Positions 52,953 to 59,645 of a DNA stretch of 59,645 bases are shown in pieces (the stretch's first letter is position 1; every line of letters starts with the position of its first letter). The DNA lies in assembly GCA_041483195.1 (NCBI GenBank), contig JBGPFC010000026.1, positions 1 through 59,645 on the forward strand, read 5' to 3'. The translations under genes were made by a program, and so were the position numbers. This DNA comes from Candidatus Eiseniibacteriota bacterium (GTDB taxonomy: Bacteria; Eisenbacteria; RBG-16-71-46). Under the pieces are notes generated by a model. That model was not told the origin of the DNA, made no database searches, and saw only the letters and a program-made list of their open reading frames with translations.

Positions 52953-53698
52953 GTCCATCGAAGAAACTTGCGAAACGTCGCGCCCCCAGGCGGCGCGCGA
53001 AATCGGTGCCGAAGCTGAGGACGAGGCGCGCGACGAAGCGCACGGCGCGGCGTTCGCCGGTGACGAAGCGCGCGGCGAAACGCGTGACGAAACGCGCGGG
53101 GAAGCGCACGGCGAAGCGTTCGTCCACGCCGAAACGGCCGCCGCTCGCGCTCGTGCCGCGACCGGCGCCCAAGAAGCCGCGGGCCTCGCGTTCACGCTCC
53201 GCGGTCACCGAGTTCGCGGGCGCCCGCGCGAACGCGACGCGCAAGGATCTCGCGCTGTTCGAGCTGGAGCGCGCGCGGGTGGCGGTGCAGGCCGCGATCC
53301 AGGGCCTGGGGCTGGGCGCAGCCAACGACGCGATCTCGCCCGGCGGATGGTCCGCCCGCCAGATCGTGCTGCACCTCGCGCTCTGGGATCGCGAGCTGAT
53401 GCGCCGCCTCGAGGCGGCGGCCTCGCGCAATCAGCGCCCCGACTACGAAGCCCTCGAGCAGGGCGCGATGAACGCCGAGGGCCTCGGACAATTCGGCCAC
53501 CTCGACTGGGAGGCCGCGAAGCGCGCGCTCCAGGCCGCGCGCGAGAAGCTGTTCGAGGAGTTCACGTCCGTTCCCGCGAAGCCCGACGAGGTGTGGGCGG
53601 AGTCTCACGCGGTCGGAGAGATGGTGCGCATGCTGGCCCGCCATGACCGGCGGTACGCCGACATCATCAAGCGCTTCCGGGCCGAGTCGGACGCCTGA
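52949..53698 (+). CDS. DinB-like protein with Lys/Arg-rich N-terminal extension
   Basis: ATGA overlap; xxKR repeats followed by WSARQIVLHLALWD...HDRRY. Confidence 0.75.
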   Translation: MSPSKKLAKRRAPRRRAKSVPKLRTRRATKRTARRSPVTKRAAKRVTKRAGKRTAKRSSTPKRPPLALVPRPAPKKPRASRSRSAVTEFAGARANATRKDLALFELERARVAVQAAIQGLGLGAANDAISPGGWSARQIVLHLALWDRELMRRLEAAASRNQRPDYEALEQGAMNAEGLGQFGHLDWEAAKRALQAAREKLFEEFTSVPAKPDEVWAESHAVGEMVRMLARHDRRYADIIKRFRAESDA

Positions 53699-53716
53699 TC
53701 TAGGGAGGCTCGAGGC

Positions 53717-55180
53717 ATGACCGAGACGCTCGCCCCTGTGAAACCGGGCAAGCTCATCATCAACGGCGAGGCGGTGGACGCCGTCTCCGGCGAAACCTTC
53801 ACGACGGTGAATCCCGCGACCGAAGAGCCGATCTGCATGGTCGCGAAGGCCGGAGTGGAAGACGTGGATCGCGCGGTGCGCGCCGCGCGCGCAGCGTTCG
53901 ACGGCGGCCCGTGGCCTTCGATGAAGCCCGCCGACCGCCAGCGCATCCTGTGGCGGCTGGGCGATCTCATCATGGAGCACGCGGACGAGCTGGGCCGGCT
54001 CGAGACGCTCGACAACGGCAAGCCCATCTTCGAGTCGCGCCAGATCGACGTGCCGATGGCCGCGAACTGCTTCCACTACTTCGCGGGCTGGGCGACCAAG
54101 CTCGCGGGCGAGACGCTGCCCGTCCATCCCGCGTTCTTCACGTACACCCTGCGCGAGCCGATCGGCGTGGTCGGCGCGATCATCCCATGGAACTTCCCGA
54201 TGATCATGGTGGGCTGGAAGGCGGCGCCCGCGCTCGCAGCGGGCAACACCGTGGTGCTGAAGCCCGCCGAGCTGACGCCGCTCACCGCGATCCGCATCGG
54301 CGAGCTCGCGCTCGAGGCGGGGATCCCTCCCGGCGTTTTCAACGTGCTGCCCGGCCCCGGATCGGTGGCGGGCGAGGCGCTGGTGCGTCACCCGCTGGTC
54401 GACAAGATCAGCTTCACGGGCTCGACCGAAGTCGGCAAGCACCTCATGAAGAGCGCGGCCGACACCATGAAGAAGCTCACGCTCGAGCTGGGCGGGAAAT
54501 CTCCCAACATCGTGTTCGCCGACGCCGACCTGGAGGCCGCGGTGCGCGGCGCGACCACCGGCATCTTCTACGGCAAGGGCGAGGTGTGCGCGGCCGGATC
54601 GCGCCTGCTGGTGGAACGGAGCATCCACGCCGAGTTCGTCGCGAAGCTCGCCGAGCGCGCGAAGAAGCTCACGCCCGCCGATCCGCTCGATCCGAAGACT
54701 CGGCTCGGCGCGCTGGTGAGCCGCAAGCAGATGGAGCAGGTGCTGGGCTACGTCGCGACCGGTGTGGGCGAGGGCGCGAAGCTGGTCGCCGGCGGCGAGC
54801 GGGCGCCCGTGAACGGCAAGGGATTCTTCGTGCAGGCCACGGTGCTCGACGGGGTGGACAACCACATGCGGGTCGCGCAGGAGGAGATCTTCGGCCCGGT
54901 GCTCGTGGTGGTGCCGTTCGACGACGTGGACGACGCTGTGAAGAAGGGCAACGACATTCTCTACGGCCTCGCGGCCGGAATCTGGACGCGCGACGTCAAG
55001 AAGGCGCACGCCGTCGCGCGGCGAATCCAGGCCGGCACGGTGTGGGTCAACGCCTACAATTTCTACGACGCCGGCATGCCGTTCGGCGGCTACAAGGCCT
55101 CGGGCTTCGGGCGGGATCTCGGCCCGGAGTGCCTGCGCGACGTCACCCAGACCAAGAGCGTGTGGGTGAGCATCGAGTAG
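53717..55180 (+). CDS. NAD(P)-dependent aldehyde dehydrogenase
   Basis: IIPWNFP, FTGSTEVG, LELGGKSP, GEVCAAG, EEIFGPV, PFGGYKASG. Confidence 0.95.
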   Translation: MTETLAPVKPGKLIINGEAVDAVSGETFTTVNPATEEPICMVAKAGVEDVDRAVRAARAAFDGGPWPSMKPADRQRILWRLGDLIMEHADELGRLETLDNGKPIFESRQIDVPMAANCFHYFAGWATKLAGETLPVHPAFFTYTLREPIGVVGAIIPWNFPMIMVGWKAAPALAAGNTVVLKPAELTPLTAIRIGELALEAGIPPGVFNVLPGPGSVAGEALVRHPLVDKISFTGSTEVGKHLMKSAADTMKKLTLELGGKSPNIVFADADLEAAVRGATTGIFYGKGEVCAAGSRLLVERSIHAEFVAKLAERAKKLTPADPLDPKTRLGALVSRKQMEQVLGYVATGVGEGAKLVAGGERAPVNGKGFFVQATVLDGVDNHMRVAQEEIFGPVLVVVPFDDVDDAVKKGNDILYGLAAGIWTRDVKKAHAVARRIQAGTVWVNAYNFYDAGMPFGGYKASGFGRDLGPECLRDVTQTKSVWVSIE

Positions 55181-55219
55181 GCGCAGCTGGCCGGCGAAGC
55201 ATCGGACGGGAGAGTCACG

Positions 55220-56329
55220 ATGAGCCGTCTCATATACACGATCGTCTTCACGAACAACTTCGCGACCATGCGGCCGTTCTACGAAGACGGAGTCGGGCTC
55301 CGCGTGCGCGCGGTCAAGCGCGGCTGGGTCGAGTTCGATACCGGCGGGGCTCTGCTCGCGCTCCACGAGACGGCGGACGAGACGCGGCAGGGCATCGACC
55401 TCCGCTTCGAGGTCGCGAATCTCGATCTCGCGATGCGCGAGCACGCCGCACGGCGCGTCGAGTTCGCCGGCGACCCGGTCGCGTTCTCCGAGGGCCGGGT
55501 GGTCGACCTCCGCGACCCCGAGGACAACCTGCTCTCGCTGTTCGAGCCGGCCGTGCCCACGGTCTCGGGCGTCGGGCACCGGCTCGGAACGGTGATCCTC
55601 AACGTGCGTGATTTCTCGCGCGCCGTCGCGTTCTACCGCGACCGCATGAAGCTGCGGCCGGTGGCGGAGGCGCCGCACTGGGTGGAGTTCGACACCGGTT
55701 CGACGCGGCTCGCCGTTCACGGGCGCCCCGCCGGCGTCGATCATCCGCGCCACGCAGAGGAAGCCGTCACCTTCACGCTCGAGAGCGACGACCTCACCGG
55801 CTGGGTCGAGGGCATGCGCGGCCGCGGGCTGCACTTTCTCACCGCGCCGGTGCTCGAGGAGTTCGGGGTGTACGCCGAGGTCGCCGACCCCGACGGGCGC
55901 ATTGTCGTGTTCCGCGAGCCGCCCGAGCCGATGACGCTGGAAGAGGAGCTGGCCGAGCCGTTCGAAGACGACGCGCCGCTGCGCACCGCGATCCGCAAGC
56001 CGATCAAGAAGGGATCCACCGCGCTCAGCTCGCTGGTGATGCAGCCCCACTACAAGCCGCCTTCGATCGCGAAGGCGGATCAGACCCGCAAGCGGCCGTC
56101 GGCGACCACCCGCAGCGTTGCGTCGGTGCGCGGCGCCGGCCCGGAAGGCACGCGGCTGCGTCCGCGCAAGACCGGCGACGAGAAGAAGGCGAAGGTGAAG
56201 CCCGGGGCGGGGCGCCTCGCGAAAGCGAAGCGCGAGAACGTCGCGAGCAAGAAGCGCGCGGTGGCTGGGGCGAGCAAGCGGCGGCCGGTCAAGCGCGCCA
56301 GCGCGAAGGCGGCGCGGCGCACGAGATGA
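55220..56329 (+). CDS. Tandem VOC/glyoxalase domain protein with basic C-terminal tail
   Basis: Two repeats FY...GL..WVEFDTG...DP.GN/R; final ~115 aa are K/R-rich. Confidence 0.85.
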   Translation: MSRLIYTIVFTNNFATMRPFYEDGVGLRVRAVKRGWVEFDTGGALLALHETADETRQGIDLRFEVANLDLAMREHAARRVEFAGDPVAFSEGRVVDLRDPEDNLLSLFEPAVPTVSGVGHRLGTVILNVRDFSRAVAFYRDRMKLRPVAEAPHWVEFDTGSTRLAVHGRPAGVDHPRHAEEAVTFTLESDDLTGWVEGMRGRGLHFLTAPVLEEFGVYAEVADPDGRIVVFREPPEPMTLEEELAEPFEDDAPLRTAIRKPIKKGSTALSSLVMQPHYKPPSIAKADQTRKRPSATTRSVASVRGAGPEGTRLRPRKTGDEKKAKVKPGAGRLAKAKRENVASKKRAVAGASKRRPVKRASAKAARRTR

Positions 56330-57510
56330 GCGCCCCCCGCGTGCTGCTCGCGGGCGGAGTGCGCACGCCGATCGGCAACTTCGGCGGGGCGCTCGCCGCA
56401 TCCTCCGCCGCCGAGCTCGGCGGCCTCGTGGCGCGCGCGGCGCTCGAGCGCGCGCGAGTGCCGGCGAGCGCGGTGGACGAGGTGATCGTCGGCCACGCCC
56501 GGCAGGCCGGCAACGGTCCCAACCTCGCGCGCCAGGTGGTGCGCCGCGCAGGTCTCGCGGACGGCGTGCCGGCGTTCACCATCAACAAGGCGTGCGCATC
56601 GGGACTCCAGGCGATCGTGAGCGGTGCGCAGAGCATCCGGCTCGGCGACGGCGCGGTGACGCTCGCCGGCGGCACCGAGCACATGTCGAGCATCCCGTTC
56701 CTCGCGATGGACGTGCGCTGGGGAAAGAAGCTGGGCGAGCAGCCGCTGCTCGATGCGATGTACCGCGACGGCTACCTGTGCCCGCTCTGCGACCAGCTGA
56801 TGGGCGAGACCAGCGAGACGCTCGCGACCGAGTACGCGATCGCGCGCGATGAGCAGGACGCTTACGCGCTCGCGAGCAACCGGCGTGCGGCGCGGGCGTG
56901 GGAAGAAGGCCGCTTCGCGCGCGAGGTGATGCCGGTCACGGTCGGCGATGGCAAGCGCGCGGTCACGGTCACCCGCGACGAACACTTCCGCGCCGACGCC
57001 TCGCTCGATGAGATGGCGAAGCTCAAGCCGGTGTTCCGCAAGGACGGCACCATCACGGCCGGCAACGCGTCGGCGATCACCGATGGCGCGGCGGCGATCG
57101 TGGTGCTGAGCGAGGCGGCGGCGACGCGCCACGGCGTGACCCCGCAGGCCGCGCTGCTGGGCTATACGAGCGTCGGCGTCGATCCCGCGCGCATGGGGCT
57201 GGGGCCGGTGCCGGCGGTGCGCAGGCTGCTCGAGCGGCATAAGCTGACGCTCGATGAGATCGCGGTGGTCGAGCTGAATGAGGCGTTCGCATCTCAGGTG
57301 CTGGCGTGCGACCGCGAGCTGCGCTTCGACCGCGAGCGCCTGAACCCGAACGGCGGCGGCATCGCCCTCGGGCATCCCACCGGTTGCAGCGGCGCCCGCA
57401 TCGTGGTGACGCTGCTCGCCGAGCTGGAGCGCGTGAAGGGCCGCTACGGCCTCGCGACACTGTGCGTCTCGGGCGGACAGGGCATGGCGGTGTTGTTCGA
57501 GCGGGTGTAG
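56326..57510 (+). CDS. Acetyl-CoA C-acyltransferase (thiolase)
   Basis: RTPIG, NKACASG, TAGNAS..DGA, NEAFA, GHPTG, LCVSGGQG. Confidence 0.95.
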   Translation: MSAPRVLLAGGVRTPIGNFGGALAASSAAELGGLVARAALERARVPASAVDEVIVGHARQAGNGPNLARQVVRRAGLADGVPAFTINKACASGLQAIVSGAQSIRLGDGAVTLAGGTEHMSSIPFLAMDVRWGKKLGEQPLLDAMYRDGYLCPLCDQLMGETSETLATEYAIARDEQDAYALASNRRAARAWEEGRFAREVMPVTVGDGKRAVTVTRDEHFRADASLDEMAKLKPVFRKDGTITAGNASAITDGAAAIVVLSEAAATRHGVTPQAALLGYTSVGVDPARMGLGPVPAVRRLLERHKLTLDEIAVVELNEAFASQVLACDRELRFDRERLNPNGGGIALGHPTGCSGARIVVTLLAELERVKGRYGLATLCVSGGQGMAVLFERV

Positions 57511-57558
57511 CGTCCCCCCGCCGCGGCGCGCCCGCGCCGCACTCACGGAGGAGGTCGC

Positions 57559-58404
57559 ATGTCGCCCAGAGTGCTCGACATCGGAGATGCCGCAGCGTCC
57601 GGCATCCGCACCGTCCGCATCATCGTCGTCCTGATCCTGCTGTTCCTGTTCTTCGTGTTCTTCAACCCGGTCAAGGTCATCCCCGCCGGACACGTCGGGG
57701 TGAAGGACTTCTTCGGCATCGTCTCGTCGAACGTCCTCTCGCCGGGCGTCCACATGGTGGTGCCCATGACGCGCGTGATCGTCATGTCGGTCCAGACCCA
57801 GGAGTTGAAGGAGAACGCGGAGGTTCCGTCGCAGGAAGGCCTCATCATGGACCTCGAGGCCTCGCTGCTCTTCCGCCTCGATCCGGAGCGGGCCGACGAC
57901 ATGTACCGCACGGTCGGTCGGGACTACCAGAGCATCATGGTCGAGCCGCAGATCCGCTCGGCGATCCGCGAGATCACGGCCTCTTACGACGCGAAGGCGC
58001 TCTACTCGTCAGAGCGCGAGAAGGTGTCGCACGAGATCCTCGTGTTCTTCACGAAGCTCGCGAGCGATCGCGGGATCATCGCGGAGGCGGTGCTGCTGCG
58101 GAAGGTCGGGCTCCCCTCGATCGTCGCCAACGCGATCCAGGAGAAGCTGCGGCGCGAGCAGGAGGCGGAGCAGATGAAGTTCGTCCTGCAGAAGGAGGAG
58201 CAGGAGGCTGAGCGCAAGCGCATCGAGGCCCGGGGCATCTCGGACTTCCAGCGCATCGTCGCCTCCGGCATCAGCCCGCAACTGCTGGAGTGGAAGGGGA
58301 TCGAGGCCACCGAGAAGCTCGCGATGTCGCCGAACTCGAAGGTGGTGGTGATCGGAAATTCCAAGACCGGGCTGCCGATCATTCTCGGGGGCGGAGACAA
58401 GTAG
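57559..58404 (+). CDS. Prohibitin-type SPFH protein
   Basis: GGAGG RBS; TM helix; IPAGHVGV, SQEGL, QEAERKRIEARG, SPNSKVVVIG..GLPIIL. Confidence 0.92.
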   Translation: MSPRVLDIGDAAASGIRTVRIIVVLILLFLFFVFFNPVKVIPAGHVGVKDFFGIVSSNVLSPGVHMVVPMTRVIVMSVQTQELKENAEVPSQEGLIMDLEASLLFRLDPERADDMYRTVGRDYQSIMVEPQIRSAIREITASYDAKALYSSEREKVSHEILVFFTKLASDRGIIAEAVLLRKVGLPSIVANAIQEKLRREQEAEQMKFVLQKEEQEAERKRIEARGISDFQRIVASGISPQLLEWKGIEATEKLAMSPNSKVVVIGNSKTGLPIILGGGDK

Positions 58405-58418
58405 CGGACGCTGCGGCT

Positions 58419-58504
58419 GGCGGCGGGGAGGCGGCGGGAGGCATGTCTGGCCTCATAGAGGTAAACCTTCGGCCCGACATGCCTCCCGCCGCCTCCCCGC
58501 CGCC
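58419..58504. repeat. 29-bp perfect inverted repeat (REP/MITE-like element or terminator)
   Basis: GGCGGCGGGGAGGCGGCGGGAGGCATGTC (58419-58447) is the exact reverse complement of 58476-58504. Confidence 0.85.
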
Positions 58505-58610
58505 CGCCCTCACGCCCTGCGCACGATCAGCGGCCGCAGCAGCGCGGCAACGATCAGCAGCGCTCCGAAGGCGTGGTCCGACCGCGTGGACGAGAAGGGG
58601 GCGGCGTCGA

Positions 58611-59540
58611 TCACGGCGAAGGTGAGCGCGTCGTCGTGGGTGAGGGATTGCTCGGGCTCGGGGCGGCGCGTCGCTCCGATCCAAACTCCGGCACCGCGGC
58701 GCGCGTGCCATTCATCTTGTCGTCGACGTACTTCATGCGGACCGAGAGCGAAATGATGGCCACCGTCACGCCGAACAGGCACACGATGGTGGCACCCATC
58801 GGCCAGTCCCTGACGTATGAGAACACCGCGCCGAGGACGGAGACCACGAACCCGATCGCCCAGGCCCAGTAGAGTTGGGCCGGGCCCCTCCGGCCCAGCA
58901 GGGTCGAGCAGACCACCGGGACGATCAGATAGGAGAATACCGCCAGGACGCCGGACACTTTCACGGAACTCGTGACCACGAGACCGAATGAGGCGTAAAA
59001 GAAAAAGTCCCACTTCTTGACCGACAGGCCCATCTGCCGCGCCTTCTTGGGGTCTTCGGAACAGAGCAGGAGTTTTCGGCGGCGGGAGTACAGGAACGCC
59101 CCGACGATCGCGAACAGCGTCGCCATGATCGCGATGTCCTTCCACGTCACCCAGCCGAGCGCCTCTCCGCTCAGCGTCCCGCTCACGTGCTCCGCTCCGT
59201 GGGGAGCGTTCGACAGCAACAGCAACGTGGCGGCCGTCGCCAGCGCGAACGAGATTCCGATGAAGGCCTCCTGCAGCACCGAGTGTTCCCGATCCCACAG
59301 GAAACTGAAGAGGGCGGCGCCCAGCAGCGTGAAACCAAAGGACCAGTAGTACGTGCTGGGGTCGTGCGGGTCCGCTCCGAGCAGGAACGCCACGCTCTGG
59401 CCCAGCGCGGCGATCTGCGCCAGCGCGAGGTCCACGAAGATCACTCCCCGGGCCAATACGTGCCGGCCCAGGGCGGGAAGGATCAAGACCAGGAGGAGGC
59501 AGGCCAGAAGCGGCAGCGCCATGACCGCGAGGAAGTTCAT
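58611..59540 (-). CDS. Metal (Zn/Mn) ABC transporter permease
   Basis: LGRHVLARGVIFVDLALAQIAALG, EAFIG, SSVKVSGVLAVFSYLIVP, DWPMGATIV. Confidence 0.9.
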   Translation of the reverse strand: MNFLAVMALPLLACLLLVLILPALGRHVLARGVIFVDLALAQIAALGQSVAFLLGADPHDPSTYYWSFGFTLLGAALFSFLWDREHSVLQEAFIGISFALATAATLLLLSNAPHGAEHVSGTLSGEALGWVTWKDIAIMATLFAIVGAFLYSRRRKLLLCSEDPKKARQMGLSVKKWDFFFYASFGLVVTSSVKVSGVLAVFSYLIVPVVCSTLLGRRGPAQLYWAWAIGFVVSVLGAVFSYVRDWPMGATIVCLFGVTVAIISLSVRMKYVDDKMNGTRAAVPEFGSERRAAPSPSNPSPTTTRSPSP

Positions 59541-59645
59541 CGCGATGCTCCTGACTTGCCGGAAAGGGCTCCGGCGATGGACGACACCAAGGTGTCGAAC
59601 TTGGTGAACACGTCGTCGGTTCCGGGGATCCCGCCCACCTCGGTC
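59537..59645 (-). CDS. Metal ABC transporter substrate-binding protein, C-terminus only (partial)
   Basis: ..TEVGGIPGTDDVFTKFDTLVSSIAGALSGKSGASR*; stop overlaps the permease ATG (ATGA). Confidence 0.7.
   Translation of the reverse strand, partial: TEVGGIPGTDDVFTKFDTLVSSIAGALSGKSGASR

Overview
A GC-rich bacterial chromosomal segment with about 47 protein-coding genes. I saw no rRNA, tRNA, CRISPR array, integrase or transposase. Several large secreted proteins carry FlgD-Ig-like C-terminal domains and one ends in TWGxLKxxYR, which suggests Candidatus Eisenbacteria or a related FCB-group lineage (inference). Housekeeping content: S8 protease, tag, acsA, GH20, ABC transporters, tricorn protease, atuA-like gene and a bioY/beta-oxidation operon. 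Most notable observations: (1) two paralogous HEAT-repeat + HD-GYP gene pairs in inverted orientation around a tricorn protease gene; all four proteins share an unnamed N-terminal domain. (2) Both pairs, and a cupredoxin + His-less kinase operon, are preceded by the same TCAA-N16-GCCGA(T/A)A sigma-28-like promoter, suggesting a c-di-nucleotide signalling regulon. (3) An AhpD-like CxxU selenoprotein with a SECIS-like hairpin that the ORF track splits in two. (4) A circularly permuted cupredoxin lipoprotein. (5) A frameshifted copper-radical oxidase with an inserted Kelch propeller and a poly-G tract in its promoter spacer. (6) A secreted protein with C2H2 zinc-finger spacing under a sigma-54 promoter. 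All family assignments come from motif recognition by eye; no database searches were run.
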